Origin: Amoebophrya sp. A120
Lineage: Eukaryota; Protista; Dinoflagellata
Direction: 5' to 3'
DNA: 64,000 nt
NCBI GenBank assembly: GCA_905178155.1
Contig: CAJINV010000001.1
Coordinates: 12,011,832 to 12,075,831 of the forward strand
The notes below the pieces were generated by a model. The model was not told the origin of the DNA and did not search any database. It saw only the letters and a program-made list of their open reading frames with translations. Positions 24,353-35,271 of this stretch are shown piece by piece (the first letter of the stretch is position 1; every line of letters begins with the position of its first letter). A program made the translations under genes and the position numbers.

Positions 24353-27300
24353 ATGTCTTCGCCGACCCCGCCTCCCGGTAGTGTCGGCAAGATATGGGGG
24401 CCGAAAAAGCCTCCTTCCCCGACGGAGCAGAACTACCCCTTGCTTCCTGGGGCGACAAGCGTTGCACCGTCTTCATGGCCGGCATTGTCCTCTTCGTCGC
24501 ACGCCGGCACACCGGGCGAAAAGAGCGGCGAGGAGAGGCAAGCTGCAGCCGAACAGAGTGGATCCGCCGAAGACCCGGAGGGAGAACGGGCAGCAACTCC
24601 AAATGCCGGCTTGGGAGATGAAGAAACTGCTCATGAGTCTGTCGCAGACGTGGAACATCATAATGCAGACCCATCGTTGCCTCCGAAGATGGCCTTTGCG
24701 CCTCTGTCCCGGGTAAATTCGGTGACGAGCTCTTCTAACGAGCAGCTGTCACGGGTCGGGTCCAAGACGGAGTCACTCGCCGGCGGCAGCACGCCCGGCG
24801 AGGCAAGCCGAGACCCGGGGGACCAGCGTGTTGTTTCAGCAGGCCATGATCCGTCATTGGTGCGGCCGCAGCAGGAGCCCGGCAGTGACGCATTGATGTC
24901 GCAGCAGTCAGACTACCCGGGAACAACCGAAGTAGCAGCCTCGGGTGATGGGCTTCTGGACATTACCGTCGCCACTTTCGGACAGTTGCAAACAGCAGGG
25001 AGCGCGACCACTAGGGAAGAAAGTCAAGACCGTCTTCTTGTTCCGGGGCAGGAGTTGTCGCAAATCCGCCTGACACAGCTGTCCTCAGGCCACGAGGTGG
25101 AAAGCCTGAACTCTTTCGACGGGCGGCGGTCGCGAATCTCTGACAGATCGGAGTCGACGCCCGCAGTGTTGACCGTGCGCGTGATCCCACCGCCGGAAGA
25201 CGCCGCTGACAGTACTCCCAACCACGACGGCACTGCCTCACAGCAGGATGAACCGTCCACAGAGATCAGGCCCTCGACTGTCTTGAAGCACGCCGAAACG
25301 GTGTCATCGGGCAGTTCCAACACCGAGCCAACCGCCTTTGACGGGAAGTCGTATGCCGCCCGGGCGGGTAAGCAGCCGGAAATTGATGTGATGGGGCGAG
25401 TGGACAGTTTTCCGGCGCTTGGCTTCCCCGCCGCGCCGTCGAAGCGGGCCAAGGCCAAAACCGTGGGAGGTGCGAATGCGGCCGGGGTGCAGCGCACCGG
25501 GACGCGATCGACCGCTGCGACCAACGATAGTACGATCACGGCAAGCTCCCAACAGGCGTCCCCCGGGCAGCCATCAAGCTCGGCGTCGTCCTCGCGTCGC
25601 GGGTCGGGGCGGCAGAGCCGCAATCCGTATTCGGGTACGCCATCTTCCGAGCGCGTGTCCGTTGCGTCAAATCCGGAGCAGGCCTCGATCCAGAATATCA
25701 TCAAAGACTTCGAGCCGGTTACCGGGTTTGCGGGGCAGTTCGTCTCCGGGCAAGTGGTGTCCACGGGCAGCATTTACGGGGGTCCGAAAAACGAGCGCTC
25801 CACTTTCTGGGGGCCGGCACAGGGCAGAACGTCGTCGCGAGACGACCAGCACAGCGACAACGCGTCGGCGCTCGACGAGGTCTGCGGCGGAACGCCAACG
25901 CCACATAGAGACCAACCGTCGCCCGGCACCGTCAGTACTAGTTCTGCAGCCGGAAGTGGGGTCGTCGTGGGCCACCAACTTGCGGCCAACAAGCCGCCGG
26001 TGATGCTGGTGCCGAATCCGCTTCCACTGGAGATGATGGGCGCGGACCCAGCGTTGTGCGACCGACCGTTGAACAAGTTTTTAGTGCAGAGGTTGGAGCG
26101 GACGTTTGAGGACCTGAAGCTTGGGCACTACCTACCCGGGGTCCGCGCGGCCTGCAACGTGACCGAGGAAAGAAAGCGACCGACGTGCAGACAGCTGTGC
26201 GAGCGGCTTCAGATGAAGCCTATGGAAGTCCGGCGGCTGGAGCGATCCCTGGACACGTTCCTGAAATCAGACGACTACCTCTCTTCCATGCCGTATTTGC
26301 TCGACAAGTCGAAGTTGTACAAGTACGAGCGCGCTGCAGAGACGTATTTGCTGCAGCGACGCGCGGAAAAGGGCTACGACGACGGAGACGAGCGGCCGTT
26401 CTTCTTGCGCCTGTACTGCCAAACCCGGGACGGCGACGCTGAGCGCGAGCGGGAAGTGCGGAGCTTCATGCAGCATCTAGGTTTGAAGCCGCTGGAAAAG
26501 AAGCGGCTGGATACCGAGCTGCAGTCCCTTGCGAAAAGAATCACTCGCAACACGAGCCGCCAGGGGTCCATTCGGGATTTGGGAACCTTTCCAATAGCCT
26601 ACGGCGGGCCACCAACATCTTCAGGTAATAAGCTGGACGCCGAGGATTCGAACCCGTCGTCCTCATCGGGAGCAGCCCCCGGCGTCGGATACAACAACCC
26701 CTCCGCGGCCTCCAGCTCGAGCAGTGCTTCGCGGGGCAGGTCCCAGCTGGCCACGGCCCGCACGAACTCCGAAACCTGGAAGCAGCTGATGGTGCCGCCG
26801 CGGGCGCTTTTGCCGCAGCATGAGGAGCAGAACGACGACAGCCGCATGCGAGTATCGGACATCGTCTCCGAGGCACTGGGCTACGAGGACGAAATGCAGA
26901 GCGAAGACGCCACGCAGGTTCAGATTCCCATCAACAACGGGGGTGCCTTTTTGTCCGGAGGTGGTTTCGGCAACATGCAGTCGAAGTTCCCAGGGATGAG
27001 CCCACCGCTGAAGGCGCTCGGACCCATTCCGGAAGACGAGGACAGTGACTCCTCCGACGGCGAGGACAGCACGTCGGGCACGCCTTCCCCAGGGAGCATG
27101 AGCCCGCCCGTGCGCGCATCTTTCAGCCGACCGCGCATCAAACACGCTCGCAACCCGCTGGACGCGTTCGTGCTGTACGGCGCCGGATCTTCGTGCAACG
27201 GCAAAACTTCCGAGCTGCCACTGCTTGACCACCACCCAGATGGCGACGCGGCTGCCAAGCCTTTTCAAGGACTGCCTGCACACCACATCGAGCGTGAGCA

Positions 27301-30300
27301 CCTGGACGCAGAGTACTCGCACGAGCACAGCGACGCTTCCTCCGATGCCGACACCGAAATGATGACGCATTTGGACATGCTGGAGGAGCAGCAGCGGGAA
27401 AAGGACATCCAAGCCCAGACGGAAACGCTGGCGGATCGGTTGGCGCGCATCGCGAAGCAAAACTCGCAGCCGCTGCTGTTTCCAACCTTCTCCCAGCTAG
27501 GTGTGGGCGTCGGGCCCGTCGGTGGAACGAAGGACGGTGACCCGGAGGCGCCGAAAACTCCATTTGAGGGGGAGCACGACCACGCGGCACCAGGGTCGTC
27601 TTCTTCAGAGCATGACTGCAGCGCGACAGCGAGAGGAGACGGAGGTGATTTTCACGGAACAGTTGGCGGCCACGGTGTGAGAAATGGTGTCTTTGTTTAC
27701 CCGCAGCAGCCCAGAAGTTTGGTGCGCATGATGAGCGCGGAGCACGCTTCTTCCCCGCGGAACCGACCTGAAATGGAACTGGCTTACGAGGAGGATGCGG
27801 GGAATGAGGCTTCCGGGTCCGACAGTTCTTCTGACGATGACGGTGGGCCGGGCCTCGCGCTCACCCGCAGCACCACGATACGCACGAGGAGCAACGGGGT
27901 CCGCAGTGGCAACAAGTCGCAAATCGCTCCCCTGTTCGGTGCGCAGACCATTGGCTCCGCGGGAAATTCTCCGCGGTTCTCCACGACCAGGTCCAAGCAG
28001 CGTGCGCCCGGGTTCTTTGGCACGGGCACCGGCAAGACATCAAGCACCAACGCCCCCGCGCCCATTTCCGACATTGAGGAGCGGCTCCATCGACACATCT
28101 CGTTGCAGCATTTGGGCACCACAAGTAGTTCCGCATCTGCCTCTCCGGCTTCGGGTGGTGATGGAAGCGAGGTAAACGTCGCTGGTGCGATGGTGATCGA
28201 AGGTAAAGTTGATCAGGAAGAACAAGCTGGAAGTGCCTTCTCTCCCTCGTTCAATGCCGACGCATCACCGGAAACAAAAGTGGCGCAAGGTACTTGTGCA
28301 GTTGTGCGTCCGCCTCGAGAGTCTGTTCACCTCCAGCTGAAAGCGCTACCGGAAATCGAAGAGGACCAGAGCGGAAGAACTCCTACTTCAGCGCGGCAGC
28401 ACGCTGGTCTCTTTTCTTCATTGCACGAACAGACGTTGCCACTGTTTGGCCCACCAGCAACTGGATCTTCTACTGCAAGACAAGTTTCGCCGCGAACTTC
28501 AGCTAATGTTGCTGCAGAGGCACACAACAACGGGGGGCCACCCTCATCGCCGGAAGACATGCCAACTTTTGGCAGCATGTTCCTCCCGGGTAGCAATGGA
28601 GTGCAGGTACCGCGATCTAGTGCGGCGGAACACAATCTGCATAACGTCTTCTCGAACGAGAGCGCAGGGAGTCATGTGCTGCAAGCCGCTTCGTCGCCGC
28701 TGGAGGTGCCGCACTACCCGGCATCGTCGCCGTTGTATCCCAACTTCATGGACTTTCAAAGCGCGAGCCGCTCCGCGACGCCGACGTCCTCCAGTAGTAG
28801 CAGTTCTGAGATTCACATTTCGCAACACCCAGCACAGGTTCCCGTTCCCGAACCGAGACGCAAGCACAGCGGGTTTCGCTCATCAAATGTGTCTCCCCGA
28901 GGGGTCACCAGCGCGGTTGTGCACACACCGGCGCCCCCGGGGGCGGCCCTTCCGGGGAGCAATGCCCCGACGCCGAACACGGACGTGAGCAATAGTGGTT
29001 TTCCCTCATTGTACCAGCACCCGTATAGCTCGCCTGAAAACATCAATACCGTGCCTGCAGGAACAAGTGCTACGGCTAGCAGTGCTCGGCTAACTTCTTC
29101 TGGCGGCGTTGGTGCAGTCCGCGGTACGGCGGCAACGCGCGATGTTGTGGTTACCCCAGTCGAGCAAGTGTCCGGCGACCACAGTTTGCATCACCACAAA
29201 AGCGGCGCGAAGTCGAGCGGACGCACGCGGCGGCACTCGCGGCACCACCACCAGGTCGACCGGAATATGGAGCAAGAGCTTTTTGGCGCGGCGGAGGAAC
29301 TGTTGCGGGAGTTCCAGCCCGAGCCCACTCCGGCAATCGACTATTTCGGCTTCGGAGAAGTGATGATGAGCCCCGCGGTGTCCGCGAAGTCCTGCAGCCC
29401 CTTGACCACGCAGAGTGGTGGTCCTCAAGGGGCCCCGCTGCTCCACCACCACCACTCCGGTAGTATGATTCCCCCGGCGGCGGGAGGCAAAGGCGCCAAC
29501 TTGCACTACCGAGATCCTCAACATGTGCTGTCGCACCCCGTACAACACCAGCACTACGGTATTCGCAAGGGCTCGAGCGCAGACAACCTGGTCCTCACGC
29601 ACAACTCGGGTCGCGCGAGCACGAGTCCGACTGCGGCAGTAACTACACGCACGGATGTTCATCTTGTGGACAATTATGCGTCAACGTCTTCAGCACTGGA
29701 TCTCCAGCACCCGGGCCTCCAGGAGCAGCAGCTCCAAGTACCGCTGTGCACGACCGCAGACATACAGCGTGACCAGAGTGGTATCAGCGCTTACTCGGGT
29801 ACCTTGTCCAGCGGCAACAGTGGCTCCTCGGAGCAGGTTGCGCACCCCGCTGAGCAGGCACAGACTGTGCCGAGTTTAACCACGCTGCCTAGCAGCAGTG
29901 ATCCGCAGCACGCGCCGCTTGTTTCCTGCGGGGGGACAGCAAGCAGTGAGTCACAGCTCGGCCCAGACTTGGGTGCACCTTTGGCAGCTGCAGCTTCTGC
30001 TGGAACCAGCACTCTTCAACAGATGGACTTATCATGTGCGGCTAATACTTTGTTTGGCAGTGGCGCGCTGACGAGCAGCAGCCAGCAGTCCGGCGCTAAC
30101 ACGCGCACACCTTCAAACCAGCAGCACAATGACCAATACCTCCTGCCCTCCTCGGAGCAGCACGCTGCCCCTGCGTCGGCTGCTACCCCATCGATCAATA
30201 TCAACATTGTCGGCGCCTCCCAGCTTCCACTCGCAAACCACACCGGGGAGCAAACCCCTGTGCTGATGGGAACGAGCGAACGCGACGTGACTCCCGCTAC

Positions 30301-33300
30301 TCCCGCTTTCCAGTACGGCGACGGCGCCACGCACCGGAGTCGTCGGGAGTCGATGCCCAACATCGTCACCCCGAACCCGCCCGCACAGAAGCGGTCCAGT
30401 TGCCGCAGAGGGTCCGTCGTGTTCACCCCACAGCCGAAGGGCCGCACCTCGCAGCACGGCGGTGACATCATGTGTGCTCACCCCCCCGTGGTTCATCCGG
30501 GGCCGCGCACAAGCGCCAGGTCTATCCAACAACAAGTAGCAAATTTTCCGAACAGCGCTGTGCAGGGTGTTTCGTCCGCGCTGTTCGCGGATCAGCTCGG
30601 CGACCTCGACAACCACGGCGTCGTGGTGCACAGCAGTCGGGGGTCCGCCCCCGATGCGCCGCCTCTATCCACCGGGGAGCAATTCGCACAACAGGACGAC
30701 CCTAAAAATGTCAGCAGTAGTACATCAGAGCAACAGAAAGAAAACCCTAGCGGCCGCGTCGCTTTGATGGGACCCACGACGACCGAAGGTGGTACGAAAA
30801 AACCTGGTTTGTGCATCAGTGCGAAGTTCGTGATGCCATCAAATAATGAAAATCAAAATGACTCTAGATCTAGTTCGAGCTCCTCTTCCGCCTTTGCGGG
30901 AGCAGTAGAACACCAGCACGCTAGTAGAGAACCAGGTCAACAACCGCTCAACAATTATATCCCAGGGGTAGACAAAGACACCACCAGCGCCAACACCGTG
31001 AAGACCCCGCGCAGCAGCAGGAGACAAGATCATCACTCGAAGGGAACGACTGCCACCAACAGGGGAGCGCCGACCGGTCGCAGGGGGTCGATGCACCAAA
31101 TGCACCACCACAACCACCACGTATCGGAGGAGGACCAGCTGAGGAACGAGCGACAATCGAACGTGATGTACAAAAACATCAACCAGCAGATGCAGCAGAT
31201 GGAACTGGACTCGCAACAGAACCACTTGAACTATTTTGAGGAGACCGGGGCGCCGCCCGAGGACGAGCCGCGCGATGCGGAGTGGGAGAACGAGACGATG
31301 TTTTTGCAGTCGGACACCTCGGGTGTCCGGACCCAGGTGCGAACTGCGCTCGACGAACTAAAGCGCTTGGTAGACGCCCACGGGATCCGGAACAAGACCA
31401 GCAATAAACTACTAGAACTACCCGGGACGAGCAGTAGCAGTAGTTCCAAGTCGCAGACGGACGTCGAGCAAGAGCAGGATCTGAATTTGGGCACGACGAT
31501 CGCGCAGCTCGAAAAGGCCATCGCCCGCTGCCGGGCGCTGGAGGAGGAGTTTATTGTGCAGAAGGACATCGACCACGAAGACATGCTGCACGACCGGCAG
31601 CAAACGGGTTCGTCCTTGGGCTTCTCAACTCACGGGTCGTGGAGTCCGGCAGTTCCGGAGCAGTCCGCCGTGCCGTTACTGGCTGAGCAGAGTGCAAGAA
31701 GTAACGCGAGCAAGAAGAGTAACCGCTCCGGCCGCGGTGCTGGGGAGCAGTCGTTTCAGGTGCTTCGAACCGCCACTGCGACGACCACACCGGCTGTTAA
31801 CGTTCCGCAGACGCGCAGATCGATGACGAATGGGGTCGGAAATACCGTGACAAACAGCGCAGCCAGCGCAAGCGATCTTTTGCCCTTGACCAGATCTTCG
31901 CGGCGCTCTTCATACTGCAGCGTGGCAGCGCGGGGAATGCTACACCATCACCACCCGTGGCGGTTTAACTCCGTGCTCGCAGCGGCTCAGGGATTGCTCA
32001 GCACGCTACACGAGCGCCGTTCCGTTTTGCAGCAGGAAATTTTGCTTGTGTCGCGACTGTGCAAGAAGCGCCTGACCGTTGCCGCAGACGATGCGCGCAA
32101 AACCCTTGCGGATTTCGAACGTGTTGACGACCTGGGCTGCATCACCGCAGATGGAACTTCTACAGCGGCAGCACAAGAAAGTAGTGGCCTTCATGAAAAT
32201 GGGCCTAATGCTGATACAGTTGCTTCAAAAGAAGAGAGTCGTAACACCTACCGGCTCGAACCTGAATTGCTGGAACTTCTAAAGGACGAGTTCCAGGAAG
32301 CGAGCTGCCTCGTCCCCGGAACGTCTTCCGCGCAGTTGGATTATTTTCAGCACAGACGCAACAAGGTTAATACCGCTTTCGGGGACCACCTCCACCCTGC
32401 GCACCACAACAACTCGCCACGGAATACAACATCCCACACCCCGTCGTCCAGGCGTTCGACCATGGAGAAGTTCCCCTCGTTGCCGTCCGCCCCGACGCTG
32501 AACCGCGACCGGTCGTTGCTGCCGTCGTTGAGCGAAAACAAGAGCCCACTCGGAACCGACATGATATCGGACGAAGAGGGCGGATCAGCATCTTCTTCCG
32601 CGGCTGCGGGGCGGGAAGTAGAGGAACATCTGAAGTGGGACCCGAGGCGCATGACGGTCGACTTAGACGACGCCGAAGCAGCGCGCATGGTGCAACATGT
32701 TGGAGGAGGTGCAGCAGGAGCTCCTGGGCAGCAGCAGCAAGCTGTTGGGCAACAACATAGTGGATCTACTTGTTTGTACAACTGCAACGAGCGACCGGAC
32801 ATTTCCCCGGTTCATTCGATGCGCGAGTCGCACGGCTCTGAGCAAGACCTGGAGCATGACACGAACCTTGCCGAACAGGAGTACGGAGTCGCGCACCTTC
32901 CACACAGGAGGATGCATACGTCCTCTCGCAAGGTGATCCTTACAGAAGAACAGCAAATAACTGCTGAAGACGCGGAGCAGGGCACCATTTACCCACCGTC
33001 CTTGCCCCATTTTGCACCTCCTCGACGGAAGGGAAGTACTGGCACCACTCGGGGGACCGCCGCGGCCCAGCCGGGCGATGAAGCGGCACACGACCTTTCG
33101 GGCAGCGGAACGCTGACCCCCGCACACAATGCCTCGCGCGACTCTCGTGGCCACAGCCAAGAGGTGGATGCATTGACCTTTGTCGGGCAGCGATCGTGCA
33201 TGCCCACGCCGAGAAGAGGCAGCGCCAACAACGGGGCGCAGCCAAAGAGAATGGCGAAGGCTGCTTCGCATCCGGCGAATGGAAATGGCTGCAAGAAAGG

Positions 33301-34105
33301 AGAAAACAGTAAAGAGAGCAAACAGCAGAACTTTTGTCCCCTGCGGTTCGGGGAGAAGGCAGCTATGATTGCGGAGGAAGGTAACGGTATGAATGATGCC
33401 GCAGAAGGTGTAAATTTGTCAGAGGACGTGGTGGGGTCCATAGTGAGAACGCTGCCGACGTCGAGCAGTCAACCCACGGTACAAATAGCTCCCTCCAAGA
33501 ACTGCAAAGCGAACGGCTTATCCATGGGAAAGACAGCTACGACCGGCGCGACGCCTGGCGCGGCGAGGGCAATTTTCGGGGAGGGAGAGATGGCTGCCCC
33601 GCTACTGCCCGCAAGAATGAGTCCAGAAACGAAGGAGAACCTCACGAGGAAGCTGGAACGATGCTCCTTTACGGACGCGGCGGAGGAGTTGGAAAGCAAG
33701 GTGGCCCAGATGGAGAGCCTCGGTTTGAAGAATGCGATTCCCCTGGAGGTCGAGCAGGAGCACAAGTCGCTCATTTCGCAACTGAAGCGGGCGGCCGCGC
33801 GCGACCTGCACTTGCAAGAGCTTCAGCGGGTGCAGGACGTTCTTGGGGACGTGCGGAAGCAGTGCAACGAGTGGTACGCGGAGCACGGAGAGCAGTTTCT
33901 GGCGGAGTCCTTGCTTCCCCCGGATTTGCAACAGACTGCGGCGCAGTTTCGAAGTTGGCGCGCCAGCCAAGGAGCATCGACTACTTCGGCGTCTATTCTG
34001 GACCACGTGCACCGGTTTGCCGAGGCAAATGCGAGGAATCCGGGTACGGGTACCAGCCAGGAGCACACCAACGAAGAATTCAAACACGAAGAAGCACCAT
34101 CTTGA
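24353..34105 (+). CDS. Giant (3250 aa) intronless low-complexity protein with two SAM-like helical motifs
   Basis: Uninterrupted 9.75-kb ORF; motifs LCERLQMKPMEVRRL and FMQHLGLKPLEKKRL (~26090-26530); C-terminal coiled coil. Confidence 0.8.
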   Translation: MSSPTPPPGSVGKIWGPKKPPSPTEQNYPLLPGATSVAPSSWPALSSSSHAGTPGEKSGEERQAAAEQSGSAEDPEGERAATPNAGLGDEETAHESVADVEHHNADPSLPPKMAFAPLSRVNSVTSSSNEQLSRVGSKTESLAGGSTPGEASRDPGDQRVVSAGHDPSLVRPQQEPGSDALMSQQSDYPGTTEVAASGDGLLDITVATFGQLQTAGSATTREESQDRLLVPGQELSQIRLTQLSSGHEVESLNSFDGRRSRISDRSESTPAVLTVRVIPPPEDAADSTPNHDGTASQQDEPSTEIRPSTVLKHAETVSSGSSNTEPTAFDGKSYAARAGKQPEIDVMGRVDSFPALGFPAAPSKRAKAKTVGGANAAGVQRTGTRSTAATNDSTITASSQQASPGQPSSSASSSRRGSGRQSRNPYSGTPSSERVSVASNPEQASIQNIIKDFEPVTGFAGQFVSGQVVSTGSIYGGPKNERSTFWGPAQGRTSSRDDQHSDNASALDEVCGGTPTPHRDQPSPGTVSTSSAAGSGVVVGHQLAANKPPVMLVPNPLPLEMMGADPALCDRPLNKFLVQRLERTFEDLKLGHYLPGVRAACNVTEERKRPTCRQLCERLQMKPMEVRRLERSLDTFLKSDDYLSSMPYLLDKSKLYKYERAAETYLLQRRAEKGYDDGDERPFFLRLYCQTRDGDAEREREVRSFMQHLGLKPLEKKRLDTELQSLAKRITRNTSRQGSIRDLGTFPIAYGGPPTSSGNKLDAEDSNPSSSSGAAPGVGYNNPSAASSSSSASRGRSQLATARTNSETWKQLMVPPRALLPQHEEQNDDSRMRVSDIVSEALGYEDEMQSEDATQVQIPINNGGAFLSGGGFGNMQSKFPGMSPPLKALGPIPEDEDSDSSDGEDSTSGTPSPGSMSPPVRASFSRPRIKHARNPLDAFVLYGAGSSCNGKTSELPLLDHHPDGDAAAKPFQGLPAHHIEREHLDAEYSHEHSDASSDADTEMMTHLDMLEEQQREKDIQAQTETLADRLARIAKQNSQPLLFPTFSQLGVGVGPVGGTKDGDPEAPKTPFEGEHDHAAPGSSSSEHDCSATARGDGGDFHGTVGGHGVRNGVFVYPQQPRSLVRMMSAEHASSPRNRPEMELAYEEDAGNEASGSDSSSDDDGGPGLALTRSTTIRTRSNGVRSGNKSQIAPLFGAQTIGSAGNSPRFSTTRSKQRAPGFFGTGTGKTSSTNAPAPISDIEERLHRHISLQHLGTTSSSASASPASGGDGSEVNVAGAMVIEGKVDQEEQAGSAFSPSFNADASPETKVAQGTCAVVRPPRESVHLQLKALPEIEEDQSGRTPTSARQHAGLFSSLHEQTLPLFGPPATGSSTARQVSPRTSANVAAEAHNNGGPPSSPEDMPTFGSMFLPGSNGVQVPRSSAAEHNLHNVFSNESAGSHVLQAASSPLEVPHYPASSPLYPNFMDFQSASRSATPTSSSSSSSEIHISQHPAQVPVPEPRRKHSGFRSSNVSPRGVTSAVVHTPAPPGAALPGSNAPTPNTDVSNSGFPSLYQHPYSSPENINTVPAGTSATASSARLTSSGGVGAVRGTAATRDVVVTPVEQVSGDHSLHHHKSGAKSSGRTRRHSRHHHQVDRNMEQELFGAAEELLREFQPEPTPAIDYFGFGEVMMSPAVSAKSCSPLTTQSGGPQGAPLLHHHHSGSMIPPAAGGKGANLHYRDPQHVLSHPVQHQHYGIRKGSSADNLVLTHNSGRASTSPTAAVTTRTDVHLVDNYASTSSALDLQHPGLQEQQLQVPLCTTADIQRDQSGISAYSGTLSSGNSGSSEQVAHPAEQAQTVPSLTTLPSSSDPQHAPLVSCGGTASSESQLGPDLGAPLAAAASAGTSTLQQMDLSCAANTLFGSGALTSSSQQSGANTRTPSNQQHNDQYLLPSSEQHAAPASAATPSININIVGASQLPLANHTGEQTPVLMGTSERDVTPATPAFQYGDGATHRSRRESMPNIVTPNPPAQKRSSCRRGSVVFTPQPKGRTSQHGGDIMCAHPPVVHPGPRTSARSIQQQVANFPNSAVQGVSSALFADQLGDLDNHGVVVHSSRGSAPDAPPLSTGEQFAQQDDPKNVSSSTSEQQKENPSGRVALMGPTTTEGGTKKPGLCISAKFVMPSNNENQNDSRSSSSSSSAFAGAVEHQHASREPGQQPLNNYIPGVDKDTTSANTVKTPRSSRRQDHHSKGTTATNRGAPTGRRGSMHQMHHHNHHVSEEDQLRNERQSNVMYKNINQQMQQMELDSQQNHLNYFEETGAPPEDEPRDAEWENETMFLQSDTSGVRTQVRTALDELKRLVDAHGIRNKTSNKLLELPGTSSSSSSKSQTDVEQEQDLNLGTTIAQLEKAIARCRALEEEFIVQKDIDHEDMLHDRQQTGSSLGFSTHGSWSPAVPEQSAVPLLAEQSARSNASKKSNRSGRGAGEQSFQVLRTATATTTPAVNVPQTRRSMTNGVGNTVTNSAASASDLLPLTRSSRRSSYCSVAARGMLHHHHPWRFNSVLAAAQGLLSTLHERRSVLQQEILLVSRLCKKRLTVAADDARKTLADFERVDDLGCITADGTSTAAAQESSGLHENGPNADTVASKEESRNTYRLEPELLELLKDEFQEASCLVPGTSSAQLDYFQHRRNKVNTAFGDHLHPAHHNNSPRNTTSHTPSSRRSTMEKFPSLPSAPTLNRDRSLLPSLSENKSPLGTDMISDEEGGSASSSAAAGREVEEHLKWDPRRMTVDLDDAEAARMVQHVGGGAAGAPGQQQQAVGQQHSGSTCLYNCNERPDISPVHSMRESHGSEQDLEHDTNLAEQEYGVAHLPHRRMHTSSRKVILTEEQQITAEDAEQGTIYPPSLPHFAPPRRKGSTGTTRGTAAAQPGDEAAHDLSGSGTLTPAHNASRDSRGHSQEVDALTFVGQRSCMPTPRRGSANNGAQPKRMAKAASHPANGNGCKKGENSKESKQQNFCPLRFGEKAAMIAEEGNGMNDAAEGVNLSEDVVGSIVRTLPTSSSQPTVQIAPSKNCKANGLSMGKTATTGATPGAARAIFGEGEMAAPLLPARMSPETKENLTRKLERCSFTDAAEELESKVAQMESLGLKNAIPLEVEQEHKSLISQLKRAAARDLHLQELQRVQDVLGDVRKQCNEWYAEHGEQFLAESLLPPDLQQTAAQFRSWRASQGASTTSASILDHVHRFAEANARNPGTGTSQEHTNEEFKHEEAPS

Positions 34106-35151
34106 TCCTCAACAGAAAGCGTGTGAAGAAAGAAGGAGGTGGAATCCGAATCTTCGAACCGAGTCTTCCGATTGGATTACAAGCGACGGGAACGCTTGTA
34201 AAACAAACGACGGGAACTCTATTTTCCATTGAAAAGAGACTGGAAGATCAGCGTGGCGACAAAATATATATAAATTCTTATGCAGCCTGCGATCTCTAAC
34301 TCTATCTCTTCGTGAGTACTAGTAGCACGACACCTTCCCTCACGAACACGACATAGATCTACTTAACAAGTTGCTTCTAAATGTGATTTCGACATATCAT
34401 ATGATGAAATATCCAAGCCTGCGACCGCCCGCAAATGAAAAGTGAGAATTACCAGCGACATTCTATTGTGTTTCGTTTCTTGTCTTTGCGCATTCTCGCC
34501 TGCAATTTGGACATTTCTGAGGCGTTCAGCAAGCGGCGTGAATGAACAACGAAAGATCGAAGCCAAAACACAGCAGTGCTCGGCGAATCATCACAGCGAC
34601 CCAAAGAAAGGAAAGATTGCACCACTCGGAGGATCTCCGGAAGAGTGAAGGATCGATAGTTGTTAGTTCCATTCTGTTCGAAACTACATACCCATACACA
34701 TCCAACCAAAGTGAAGGGCATGAATGCGAACGATCGTAGCGTCAACCTGTTGAAGTAGAAACCTGTCTACAAACGTTCCACGTTGCAATTACGTTTGTCA
34801 CTTGCTCCCGACAAGAACTACTTGACATGTGGTCCCTCCTTGCGTCGCGTTTTTGATGTTGTCTCAACGTTTTGTATGAAATGGCAACGCCTCGTCTGGA
34901 ACACGATAATTTTTCAGGACATTGGTGGAACATAGTGGAGGTGCGAGATGCGCTTGTTGTTTTTTGTTGCTCTTGTACGTATGATCGGAGATGATCCGTA
35001 CTGCTCGCTATGTCTACTGGCTATGTGTTGAGATTTAGCATGTTCTCGCTTATAGAGGTAGCGAAGTACACCAGCATCAATTACAACTTTTTCTGACTTC
35101 TACGTTAACGTAAAAATAAGTTTTATTTCGCAGTCAAGTCTTTGTGTTGGT

Positions 35152-35187
35152 CATGCAGTGTAAGCAAACATGCAGTGTAAGCAAACA
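35152..35187. repeat. Tandem duplication of 17-bp unit CATGCAGTGTAAGCAAA (2 copies)
   Basis: Read directly; lies ~85 bp upstream of the 35272 ATG. Confidence 0.85.
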
Positions 35188-35271
35188 AAGTGAACACATA
35201 ATCTATCTTCAGCGTATGGGGATATTAAAATCGGACGGCGTACTAGTATCAAGGATGCGATCGCGACGACT